A DNA stretch of 63,585 nt, counting the filler, from Chrysochromulina tobinii (lineage: Eukaryota), in NCBI GenBank assembly GCA_001275005.1. It is 6 parts of 6 records of this genome, joined end to end, with 100 filler letters (N's around TTAATTAATTAA, not from the genome) between each part and the next. Parts side by side here need not be neighbours in the genome. Positions count along the whole stretch, not along the records: positions 40,711 to 50,860 come from JWZX01000278.1; positions 50,961 to 54,947 come from JWZX01000279.1; positions 55,048 to 60,652 come from JWZX01000281.1; 3 more parts are not named here. The stretch is one strand, 5' to 3'. Each line of letters begins with the position of its first letter. Position 1 is the stretch's first letter. This document shows positions 46,089-57,929 of the stretch, one piece after another. The position numbers were made by a program, and so were the translations under genes. A model generated the notes under the pieces. That model was not told where the DNA came from. It worked only from the letters and a program-made list of their open reading frames with translations, and did no database searches.

Positions 46089-49000
46089 CGCCGCCATTAA
46101 TCAAATTGTGCACCGATGAGTGGAGCAGTGGCGCCTTCTACTTAAATGGCGCACCCATGCTGTGCTCCTACTTCTCAGCACAGCCCTCTGCTTGCGCTTC
46201 CTATTCCATCGCGCGGACTACTTGCCCGGTCGCGTGCGGAACGTGTTCGACTCCCCAGCCTGGCCCCTCGGACCTCTTGGCATTGGCAGGCGCCGCAACG
46301 AGCCACCCTGTTGCTGGGGTGCACGCAGTACAGCCACATCCGCCGATGCCACTCGCCCGGCCATCGCCGCCACCGCAACTGCCATTGACGGAGCTTGGAC
46401 GAGCCATCCCGGGCAGCCAGCATGATGGGCGACAGCTCGAGCACTCCACAACGATCGTGGGCTCCGGGTCAATCGTGGGCAGTGTCGCCTCAGCGTCCCT
46501 CGTGCCCAGCCACCGCCGTGAGCTGCAGACCCAGGTAGGCACTGTCGCCGGCCTGAACAGTGCACTCGCCAACACGGCGGTTGGCCGCATCGTCCTTGCC
46601 TCCGGCACCTACTACCTCACCGCCACGCTCAGCATCACCAGGAGCGTCATCCTCGAGGCAGCACCGGGAGCCACGGTCGTGCTACACGCAAATGCGAACT
46701 CCTCCAGTCGGCGTCGTGTGCTGAATATCGACTTGGGCTCATCGGACGTCGTACAACTGATCGGGCTCAGCATCACGGGAGGCTACGCGGATGAGGATGG
46801 CGGCGGTGTCCGTGTCTCGGGAGGCACGGTGACCATGTCGTCGTGCACCATCAGTGGGAACACAGCTGGCGGGTCTGCGAAAGGATCGGATCGGCGGGGC
46901 GGTGGTGTTTGTGTCTGGTCCGGCGCGGTGACCTTCTCATCGTGTACCATCACTGGCAACACAGGTAGCGATGGCGGTGGTGTCTATGTCAGGGGTGGCA
47001 CACAAAGGCGGCGGTATCTATGTCTTTGGAGAGACAGGCACAGTGGTAATCTCATCGTGCACCATCAGCGGGAACACAGCTACAGGTGCATTTGGGGGTT
47101 CTGGGGGAGGCGGTGTCTTTGTCTATGGTGGCACAGTGGCCATCTCGTCTTGCACCATGTGCACCATGAGCGGGAACACAGGAAACCCTGGGAACAATGT
47201 CTATGTCTATGCCTGGGCCCGGTGGGGAGCCACCGTCTGCTCCTGGCCAACGACCCCCACAGGCGTCTCTGGCTCAGTCTCAACTTGCCCGGCGCCACCG
47301 CCGCCGCCATACCCTCCTAGGGGAGCGCCGTTGCCGCCGCCGCCCTCGCCACCGCCGCCCTCGCCGCCGTCGCCGCCGCCGCCACTGCTGCTACCCTCCC
47401 GCTCGCCGACACCAACTTCAGGCAAGCATCACGAAAGGCGAAAACTCCTTCATTTTCACGGACCGCACACGCATCACCCGCACCATCCGCACACTCCGCA
47501 CACGCATCACCCGCATCATCCGCATCATCCGCACACACCAGCTCCTTCGCCCCCGCCACTGCGCTTGCCGCCGCCGCCCTCGCCGCCGCGCTTGCCGCCA
47601 TCGCCATCACCATTGCCGCCGTTGCCGCCGCCGCCGTATCCGCTTGGAACCGAGGCGGTGAGCACTGTCTTCAGTCTGGTCAGTGCACTTGCCAACACGG
47701 CGGTTGGCCACATCTTCCTGGACCCCGGCACGTACATTCTCAACGCCGAGCTCAGCATCACCAGGAGCGTCGTCCTCGAGGCGGCCGTGGCAGGCTCGGT
47801 CGTGCTGGATGCACAAGCCAGCTCTTCGAGTCCGCGCCATGTGCTATACATCAACCCGGGCTCGTCGGGCGTCGTGCGACTGATCGGGCTCAACATCACC
47901 GGGGGGTACGGACAGTCTTATCCGTCGACAGGCGGCGGTGTTGCTGTCTTTGGAGGCACAGTGGCCATCTCATCGTGCACCATCAGTGGGAACACAGCTG
48001 GCTATATGTTCGGACCGGGATGGACCGATCCTGCAGGCGGTGGTGTCTTTGTCAGTGGTGGCACGGTGGCCATCTCATCGTCTACCATCAGTGGGAACAC
48101 AGCTCGCCGTTGTGCGAATTCTAACGATTGTACGTATTATAATGGCGGCGGTATCGCCGTCCAGGGTGGCTCAGTGACCATCGATTCGTGCACCATCAGC
48201 GGGAACTCGGCTGGTCGTGGCGGCGGTGTTTACATCTCTGGTGGCACGGTGACCTTGTCATCGTGCACCATCACTGGCAACACTGGCCATGGTGGATGGG
48301 GAGGTGGCGTCTTTGTCTCTTCCGGCACGGTCACGATAACGTATTCCTCGATCGACGGGAATACAGCAGGTAATGGGCCCAATGTCTATTTTACCGATGT
48401 TTACGGAGGCACCATCTGCTCCTGGGCAACGACCCTCACCGGCGTCTATGGCACAGTCTCGACTTGCGCTCGTCCCCCTCCGGCACTTCCGCCCTCGCCG
48501 CCCTCGCCGCCCTCGCTGCCCTCGCCGCCCTCGCTGCCGCCGCCGCCCTCACCGCCGCCGCCCTCACCCCCGCCGCCCTCGCCCTCACCGCCGCCGCCCT
48601 CGCCCTCACCTCCGCCGCCGCCATCGCCACCGCCGCCGCCCTCGCCACCTCCGCCCTCGCCGCCTCCGCCCTCGCCCTCACCGCCGCCCCATGAGCTGCA
48701 GACCCAGGTGAGCACTGTCTCCAGCCTGGCCAGTGCACTCGCCAACACGGCGGTTGGCCGCATTGTACTGGCCTCCGGCTCCTACTACCTCAGTGCCACG
48801 CTCAGCATCACCAGGAGCGTCGTCCTCGAGGCGGCGGCGGCAGGCTCGGTCGTGCTGCACGCACAAGCGAGCTCCTCAAGTCGGCGGCGTGTGCTGTACA
48901 TCAACCCTGGCTCTTTGGGCGTTGTGCAACTGATCGGGCTCAACATCACGGGAGGCTACATCAATTCATTTGATCAAAATGGGACGTTTTATGATTCGTA

Positions 49001-50860
49001 TTATTGGGGCGGCGGTGTCTACGTCTCTTCCGGCACGGTCACGATAACGTCTTCTTCGATCTATGGGAATGCAGCTGTAAATGCAATTGGCGGTGGTGTC
49101 GCTGTCAAGGGTTGGGGAACATCAGTGGCAATCGTGAACTCCCAGATCTTCTCCAACACAGCTACCTACTTTGGCGGCGGTGTCTTTGCCCAGGGCCACA
49201 CAGTCTCAATCGTCAACTCCCAATTGAATTCCAATCAAGCTGCAGATGGTGGCGGTGTCTATGTCGACGTTGGCACAGTGGCTATCACATCGTCCACCAT
49301 CAGTGGCAACACAGCTGCAACTGGAGGCGGTGTCTTTGTCAACAGTGGTGGTGGTCAAAGCATGACTACGGTGACTTTGTCATCATGCACCATCAGCGGG
49401 AACACTGCTTATTCTAATCCGGGATTTTCGTCGGGGAATGGTGGTGGTGTCTATGTCCTGGGCGGCACAGTGGCCATCTCATCGTGCACCATCAGTGGGA
49501 ACACAGCTTATTATGCACAAGGGTCCAGTGTCTATGTCAATGACTATGGCAACAGCTATGGCCCAGGCACGGTCTGCTCCTGGGCAACGACCCTCACCGG
49601 CGTCTATGGCTCAGTCTCAACTTGCCCAGCGCCGCCGCCCCCACCTTCGCCGCCGCCGCCCCCACCTTCGCCGCCGCCACCCTCGCCCTCGCCGCCGCCT
49701 CCTTCCCCCTCGCCCCAGCCGCCCTCGCTGCCGCCACCGCCTCCACTTCCGCCATCGCCGCCGCCATCGCCGCCGTATGCGTCGGGGACCGCGGCGGTGA
49801 GCACTGTCTTCAGTCTGGCCAGTGCACTTGCCAACACGGCAGTTGGCCGCATTGTCCTGGCCCCCGGCACGTACTTCCTCAGCGCCGAGCTTAGCATCAC
49901 CAGGAGCGTCGTCCTCGAGGCGGCGGTGGCAGGCTCGGTCGTGCTGGATGCACAAGCGAGCTCCTCGAATCAACGCCGCGCGCTGAGCATCAACCCGGGC
50001 TCATCGGGCGTCGTGCAACTGATCGGGCTCAACATCACCAGGGGGTACGCACAGAATGGCGGCGGTGTCTATGTCCAGGGTGGCACAGTGGTCATCTCAT
50101 CGTGCACCATCAGTGGGAACCAAGCTCCAAACTTTGGCGGCGGTGTCGTTGTCAATTCTGGCACGGTCACGATAACGTCTTCCTCGATCTACGGGAATAC
50201 TGCTGGCGGCTATTCGACTGGATATGGAGGCGGTGTCTACATCTCTTCCGGCACGGTCACGATAACGTCTTCCTCGATCGACGGGAATGCAGCTTCAATT
50301 GGCGGTGGTGTCTATGTCGGGTATTCTGGCGGAGTGACCATCTCGACGTGCACCATAAGTGGGAACACAGCTGATCAAGGAGGTGGTGTCTGCGCCTCTT
50401 ACACCCCGGTCACGATAACGTCTTCCTCGATCTACCGGAATACAGCTACACAATGGGGCGGCGGTGTCTATGTCTATTACGCCACCGTCACGATTACGTC
50501 TTCCTCGATCACCGGCAACACAGTTTCTGGATCGAATTCGCATTGGCAAGGGGGCGGCGGTGTCTATGTGGATGGCACAGTGGCCATCTCATCGTGCACC
50601 ATCAGTGGGAACACAGCTGCATACGGCGGCGGTGTCCATGTCCGCTCTGGCACAGTGACCATCTCATCGTGCACCATATTCAACAATGGGAACAACAATG
50701 TCTACGTTGCAGAAGGAGCCACCGCCTGCTCCTTTGAAACGATCCTCACCGGTGTCGTTGGCATAGTCTCATTTTGCCCGGCACCTCCGCTAACTCCGCC
50801 ACCTCCGCCATCTCCAAGCCCACCCGAGCCGTCCCCGCCGCCGCCACCTTCGCCGCCGCC
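44384..50860 (+). CDS. secreted Pmp-like parallel beta-helix repeat protein with SPPP linkers (four modules, intronless from 45941)
   Basis: Signal peptide MLRLLLVALPLVVAS at 44384; the 5' exon structure to the acceptor at 45940 is uncertain. ShK-like CSYF...CPVACGTC. Four modules (~46530, 47650, 48700, 49790), each ALANTAVGRIVLA.GTY.L...NITGG + (GGGVYV.GGTV.ISSCTISGNTA)n + CSW.TTLTGV. Frameshift at ~47003; the ORF runs into the gap. Confidence 0.8.
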
Positions 50861-50960
50861 NNNNNNNNNNNNNNNNNNNNNNNNNNNNNNNNNNNNNNNN
50901 NNNNTTAATTAATTAANNNNNNNNNNNNNNNNNNNNNNNNNNNNNNNNNNNNNNNNNNNN
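50861..50960. other. assembly linker or gap
   Basis: N44-TTAATTAATTAA-N44. Confidence 0.99.
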
Positions 50961-53900
50961 ACCAGGAGCGTCATCCTCGAGGCGGCCGTATCAGGCACGG
51001 TCGTGCTGAATGCACAGGCGAGCTCTTCGAGTCAGCGCCGTGTGCTGTCGATAAACCCGGGCTCATCAGGCGTCGTGCAACTGATCAGGCTCAACATCAC
51101 GGGAGGCTACATCGACTATGTATGCGCGCTCAGATCTTCAAAACTTCCCATCGCCCCGATGGGAAAATGCCTTGTTGACATGTCCATTTCGATTCTCATC
51201 TTTTATGATGGGTGCTGCCTTGAACTACCAGCCTGGAGTACGTGCTATCTGTGCCTGAAACTTCACAAGTTCCCATCGCCCCGATGGGAAGATTGCTGAC
51301 GTGCTTGCCCCGACTCTCGCTTGCACAACTGCGAACGCTTCGGTCAACTACAGAGGGTACACGCCACAGAGACCTTGCAAATTTCCCGTCGCTCCCATGG
51401 GAGACTCACGTGTTGCTTGTTGCTTGCAGGGCGTTGGTGTCTCCGTCGCTTCTGGCAGGGTCACGATAACGTCTTCCTCGATCTACGGGAATACAGCTTA
51501 CGATGTGCGTGCTCATGTTCAAAAGTTCCCATCGCTCCGATGGGAAGATTGCTGACGTGCTTGCCTCAACTCTCTCTTGCACAACTGCGGATGACGCTAT
51601 GGTCAACTACAGAGTGTACGTGCCGCAGAGACTTGAAATTTCCCCATTGCCCCGATGGGAGATTTGCTGACGCGCTTGCCTTCACTCTCGCTTGGCAACT
51701 GCGGCCGACGCTCCTGTCAACTACAGTATGTACGTGCCACAGAGACCTCGAAATTTCCCCATTGCCCCCATGGGAGACTCACGTTTTGCTCGTTGTTTGC
51801 AGGGCGGCGGTGTCTTTGTCGATGGTGGCTCAGTGGCCATCTCTTCGTGCACGATCAGTGGGAACACAGCAAGCGGGATGTTAGGCGGGGTGCACACTCG
51901 TGCTCAAAATTTCCCATAGCCCCGATGGGAGACTCACGTTTTGCTCGTTGTTTGCAGGGCGGTGGTGTCATAGTCTTGGGAGGCACAGTGTCAATTGTGA
52001 ACTCCCAGATCTACTCCAACACAGCTACTCTCGTGCGCACTCATCTTCAAAAGTTCCCATCGCCCCCACGGGAGACTCACGTTTTGCTCGTTGTTTGCAG
52101 GGAGCCGGTGTCTATGTCGCTTCCATTACCAGCGTGCCAGCGGTAACAATAACGTCTTCCTTGATCACCGGCAACACAGCTTCATCTGTGCGTGCTCATG
52201 TTCAAAATTTCCCATCACCCCGATGGGAAAATTGCTGACGTGCTTGCCCCGACTCACGCTTGCACAACTGCGAACGCTTTGGTCAACTAGGGGGTGCATG
52301 CCACAGAGACCTTGCAAAGTTCCAATCGCCCCAAGGGGGGACTCACGTTTGTTTTGCTCCTTTTTGCAGGGCGGTGGTGTCATAGTCTCGGGAGGCAGAG
52401 TTGCCATCTCGTCGTGCACGATCAGAGGGAACACAGCTTCAATTGTACGTGTTCAAAGTTCCCATCACCACCCCCATGGGAGACTCACGTTTTGCTTTTT
52501 GTTTGCAGGGCGGCGGTGTCTATGTCCAGGGTGGCACAGTGACCATCTCATCATGCACCTTCAGTGGGAACTCTGGTTTTGTGCGTGCTTATCTTCAAAC
52601 TTTCCCATTGCCCCCATGGGGTGCAGAGAATCACGTTTGCCAACCTTACGCTGTAGTGACCACTGTGACCTCGCGTTCCTTATTCCCTGCCCAGGGGGCC
52701 AATGTCTATGTCCAAGGAGGCACGGTCTGCTCCTGGGCAACGACCCTCACCGGCGTCTCTGGCACAGTCTCAGCTTGCCCGGCACCCCCCCCGCAGCTGC
52801 CATCGCCACCGCCATCGCCACCCCCTTTGCCACCGCCCCCCTCGCCGCCGCCCTCACCTCCACCACCCTCGCCATCGCCACCGCCTCCCTCACCGCCACC
52901 ACCTTCGCCACCACCCTCGCCACCACCCTCGCCACCACCTTTGCAGACGGCGGTGAGCACCAGCGCCGGCCTGATCGGTGCACTCGCCAACACAACTGTC
53001 AGCCACATTGTCCTGGCCCCCGGCACCTACTACCTCAGCGCCGAGCTCAGCATCACCAGGAGCGTCATCCTCGAGGCGGCCGTATCAGGCACGGTCGTGC
53101 TGAATGCACAGGCGAGCTCTTCGAGTCAGCGCCGTGTGCTGTTGATCAACCCGGGCTCATCGGGCGTCGTGCAACTGATCAGGCTCAACATCACGGGAGG
53201 CTACATCAACTCTGTATGCGCGCTCAGATCTTCAAAACTTCCCATCGCCCCGATGGGAAAGTTGCTGACGTGCTTGCCTCAACTCACGCTTGCACAACTG
53301 TGGACCCTTTGGTCAACTACAGGGGGTGAGTGCTGCAGAGACCTTGAAAAGTTCCCATCGCCCCCGTGGGAGACTCACGGTTTGCTCGTTGTTTGCAGGG
53401 CGGCGGCGGTGTCTTTGTCCAGGGTGGCACAGTGTCAATTGTGAACTCCCAGATCTACTCCAACACAGCTTACAATGTACGTGCCAGCCACACCTGCAAA
53501 CTTCCCATCGCCCCAATGGGATGCCTTGCTGACACATGCCCAAATCGACTCTCGTCTTGGATGATGGGTGCTGCCTCGATCTATACCAGTATGGGGTACG
53601 TAACATCTGCGCCTGAAACTTCAAAAGTTCCCATCGCCCCCATGGGAGGCCCACATGGGAGACTCACGTTTTGCTCGTTGTTTGCAGGGAGGTGGTGTCT
53701 ATGTCCAATCTGGCAGGGTCACGATAACATCTTCCTCGATCTACGGGAACACAGCGGACAGAGTACGTGCTCATATTCAAAATTTCCCATCGCCCCCATG
53801 GGAAACTCACAATTGCTTGTTGTTTGCAGGGAGGCGGTGTCTACGTCTATTCTGGCACGGTCACGATAACGTCTTCCTCGATCCACGGGAATTCAGCTGT

Positions 53901-54947
53901 CTATGTACGTGCTCATGCTCACAATTTCCCATCGCCCCGATGGGAAAATTGCTGACGCGCTTGCCTCGACTCACGCTTGAACAACTGCGGCCGACGCTTC
54001 GGTCAACTATAGCCGCCTTATGTACGTGCCGCAGAGACCTTCAATGTTTCCCATCGCCCCGATGGGAAAATTGCTGACGTGCTTGCCCGACTCACGCTTG
54101 CACAACTGCGAACGCTTTGGTCAACCTTACTACAGTGGGTACGTGCCACAGAAACCTTGCAATTTTCCCATCGCCCCGATGGGAGACTCACGTTTTGATC
54201 GTTGTTTGCAGGGCGGCGGTGTCTATGTCTCGTCTGGCACAGTGGCCATCTCATCGTCCACCATAAGTGGGAACTCTGCTAGCTCTGTGCGCGCTCACGC
54301 TCTCAAAAGTTCCCATTGCCCCGATGGGAGACTCACAATTAGCTCGTTGTTTGCAGGGCGGCGGGGTTGCTTTCTATGGAGGCACAGTGGCCATCTCATC
54401 ATGCACCATCAGTGGGAACACAGCTGTCAATGTGCGCGCGCATCTTCAAAAGTTTCCCATCGCCCCGATGGGAAAAAGGCTGACGTGCTTGCCTCGACTC
54501 ACGCTTGCACAACTGCGGCCAACACTTCGGTCAACTACAGTATGTACGTGCCGCAGAGACCTTGCAAATTTCCTATTGCCATGATGGGAAAATGCCTTGC
54601 TGACATGCGAGAATCACGTGTGCCAACCTTACGCTGTAGTGACCACTGTTACCACGCGTTCCTTATTCCCTGCCCAGGGTGCCAATGTTTATGTCCAAGG
54701 AGGCACGGTCTGCTCCTGGGCAACGACCCTCACCGGCGTCTCTGGCACAGTCTCAGCTTGCCCAGCACCCCCCCCTCCGCAGCTGCCATCGCCACCGCCA
54801 TCGCCACCCTCACCGCCCTCACCGCCCTCATCGCCCTCACCGCCCCCGCCATCGCCCTCACCGCCGCCCTCGCCCCCGCTGCCACCATCGCCCTCACCAC
54901 CGCCCTCACCGCCGCCGCCCTCACCGCCTCCGCCCTCGCTCCCGCCG
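50961..54947 (+). CDS. Pmp-like beta-helix repeat protein (two modules, partial) split by 23 phase-0 introns and ten microexons
   Basis: Main exons 50961-51119, 51430-51504, 51803-51889, 51958-52032, 52101-52187, 52370-52444, 52509-52580, 52695-53213, 53399-53476, 53688-53762, 53830-53904, 54212-54286, 54357-54431 and 54678-54947. All internal exons are multiples of 3 and GT-AG bounded. Microexons are listed in the findings. Confidence 0.85.
51120..54677 (+). repeat. family of 23 related introns (64-134 bp) with a CCCATCG-CCC-CGATGGG hairpin
   Basis: Consensus GTRCGTGC...AAARTTCCCATCGCCCCGATGGGA..., ending in GTTGTTTGCAG, GGTCAACTACAG, ACCAG or CCTGCCCAG. Confidence 0.9.
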
Positions 54948-55047
54948 NNNNNNNNNNNNNNNNNNNNNNNNNNNNNNNNNNNNNNNNNNNNTTAATTAAT
55001 TAANNNNNNNNNNNNNNNNNNNNNNNNNNNNNNNNNNNNNNNNNNNN
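54948..55047. other. assembly linker or gap
   Basis: N44-TTAATTAATTAA-N44. Confidence 0.99.
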
Positions 55048-57831
55048 CGCGTGTGTGCGAGCGAGCTGAAGCGCGTGGCGGACGCGTGGCGCGTCCGGCG
55101 CGCGCGCGTGTACTCGCCAAGGCGTGACGCCCTCGCCACGATGAACGTTGCACCGCAACACTCAGTGCAGCGCGCTCTTTAGACGGCCATCTTGCAGCCG
55201 CTCCGAGACTCCAAAAGTGGAAGACGCCAACACGAGACTCCAAGAGGCACTCCTCGGCTGGCGAGAACTGATGGAGACACAGAAAACGAGCGTCGCGAGC
55301 TTCGTTGGCACTCGAGCGTAGGTCTGCGCACCGCAACGCACGCTCCTTTCTGTGGCGACCAGTTCGTCCGTGTTTCTCACGGCGACCGAGCGTGGTCACA
55401 TCTTGGGCAGCACGAGCGTGCGCGGTATCATCTCCGAGTCGAGCAACGACACGTACCTCATCGTGTCCACGTCATCTCCGCATGGCCTGTACTACGTCCC
55501 TGTCACTCTCGACGCTCGACCTTTGGCATGCGGGCCTTCTCCTCCGTGGCGCGTGCGAGCCATACGACGGGCTTTGGGGAAGGGCTGAATTCCTCGTCGC
55601 GGTTTATGCGGACCGAGTTCCAGATCCTCTCGAAGTATGCCCACTCATTGGCTTCCTCTCCTGGGCTCAATTGAAGAATTGACACCGTTATGACACCGGC
55701 TGGCCATCGACCCCGGCTCCTCCGAGTACCCGACCATACCCGCTCGAGTCGGCGTCGGCGCTGTCGGCAAGCCATCGTGCAATCGCGCGGCACGGACGGT
55801 AGCTCGAGCCGCACCATGCGGGTCTGTCCTTTAGGACGGTGGCCGAGTGCGCGCGCCGACGGCGGGGATGAGTGTGGAGTGGGTGTCGAGGGCGGTGGCG
55901 AGGGGTAAGTCGGCAGTGAAGTGCTGGGCGGCGGCGGTGGCGATGAGCGCTCTGTGACCGCATGACCGGTGGGACTCGCCGCACCTTGTGTCTTACTGCC
56001 ACATCTACGACGCCCCGTGCGTGCCGCTTCGTGCTTGGCGGCGAGGCAAGCATCCCGCACTTAGCGCTGATGGCCTCTGATGATTGCATGCTACGGGTTG
56101 GTTGATTGCTCTCCCTCATCAGGTTAGCACTTCGGCGATCCTCGTCCGCGCCGGTATCGCACAAGCGTGCTGGGGTGATGCTGCCCGCGGACACGGGCGG
56201 TGCCGTGGGCGCCCTGTCCGCGTACCTCAACGCTCGGCACGCCGCCGCCGCCGCCGCCCAGCTATGAGTGCGGCTTTATGGGGGTCTGGCATTTCGAGCG
56301 CACGCCGCTGCTCGAGAGCATCTGCGTCTCGATGACCTGAGGGGCCTAGGTCCACTGCTGAGCTGCTACCGCATTACCGCATCGGTGGCGCTCATCATGG
56401 TGTCGCCGTGGCCGGAGTTGGCGCCGGCGCCGGTGGCCAGGTGGGGTTGTCCCTCGAGCATCTCCAGCCAGGCTGCCTGCCCCTCGACCTCGCCATCCCT
56501 CGTGCCTTGAGCTTCAGCGGCATGAACAAGTCACCGCGGAGAGCCGCGCGCGCCGCTACCTCGCAGACCGCGGACGGATTCGGTCAGTGCGGCCGTGCAG
56601 TCTTCGGCGGTAGCGCTGTCTTGGGTGACTGCGCCGTTTTGGGTGGTAGCGCGACGAGAGGGAGTCGGCGCGTGTCAGTTTCCCCACAAGATCGTACCAG
56701 CGCGCCGTTGCCGCGCGACCATTCCAAATGGAGAAGCCCGTACGCGATTTCCTCTGATTGCCTTTGATTGGATCCATGATTAAATCGGATGGGTTCTGAG
56801 TGGGTCTTGATGACCTCTGAGTTGCTGCTCTCAATCAAGCGCCTCTCCACCAGATGCTTATTTGTGTGCCCTTCTATCATGAACTCGGCTCAATCCACTG
56901 CTGCTCTGAGTGCCACTGCAGGTGAGGGCTGGTGGTGTGCGCTGGGGTCGTGCCGGTCAGATGAGGGAGCTACTGGGCAAGACACGTGCGCGCGCGAGGA
57001 TCTGTCAGCGGCCTTGGCGGTGGCCGCAACCACGGCAGCAGCGGCAGGGGGCCTTCGAATGCCTTCTCGAGAGAGGCCGGCCTGCTGCGGCCGAGGCAGT
57101 GGCGGAGGCTGTCCAGTGTGCATTGCAGTGCGCCCTCGAGCAGAGATGTGTCGCCATCGACGCTCTGCTCCTGTCTCTTCGAGCCTCTCTCAGCCAGGTC
57201 AGCTTACCGGGTCTGTTCACTTGTGCTAGTGTGAGCGACGCCACCTCGGCAGCGCTCACTACCTCGGCGTATCTTGGCGTCCCTCACGACGCTGCGCAGT
57301 TGCTTCGTGAACGCCCGCTCGAGCTCAGCAGAAGACCAATGCCTGATGTGCGAGGAGGGCGTGCTTCCTTTTCTTTTGTCGAATGCATGCACACGCTCAC
57401 CATGGCGCCCTCCTCCAGTGGCACGAGGGAGGACGTGCGGCCCTTTGTTGGGGTCGCTGGAGCCGTCGTATGAAGGTGCGTGGGTATCGCGGGCGGCAGG
57501 TGCGCTCCTTGGACGTCTTCGTATGGCGGCGTCGCGGTGGGCGCGTGGGATCTCACGTCTCTGTTTTCCAGCCGGCGCACAGCATCACTGGTGGGGTTGT
57601 ATGGACTCTGTTTGGACTCTGATCCGATTCTGATCCGCCTTTGATTTCACTCACACCGTCCCCAACCCTCTCGAATGTGCTTTGTGGATTGGGCTGACCA
57701 AGCATCGCCTCGTACACGTCATCACTACGGAGAAGCGCCCGAAGCCACTCCGTCATTGTTTGTACGCCTGTGGGCGGCTCTGGCAGCTCGTCGGCAAAGA
57801 TCGATCCTTCAATCATGCGAGCTATGCCCGG

Positions 57832-57929
57832 GTACTCCTTGATTACGCTTGATTACGCTTGATTGCGCTAGATTTTGCTTGATTGCACTTGATGGAGCTT
57901 GATTGCGCTTGGTTGCGAGCTATGCCCAG
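57832..57929 (+). other. putative intron of 10-bp GCTTGATTRC repeats with a duplicated exon end
   Basis: TGCGAGCTATGCCCGG|GT at the donor and TGCGAGCTATGCCCAG|GT at the acceptor. The host gene is unresolved. Confidence 0.65.

Noticed and set aside
51120..54677. Palindromic repeat / variable spacer pattern resembling a CRISPR array or attC cassette array
   Set aside because: The repeats are GT-AG bounded and the spacers are in-frame paralogous exons. There are no cas or integrase genes and the context is eukaryotic.
51301..55003. Many overlapping short ORFs containing FPIAPMG/FPSPRWE peptides
   Set aside because: These are translations of the repeated introns, not proteins.
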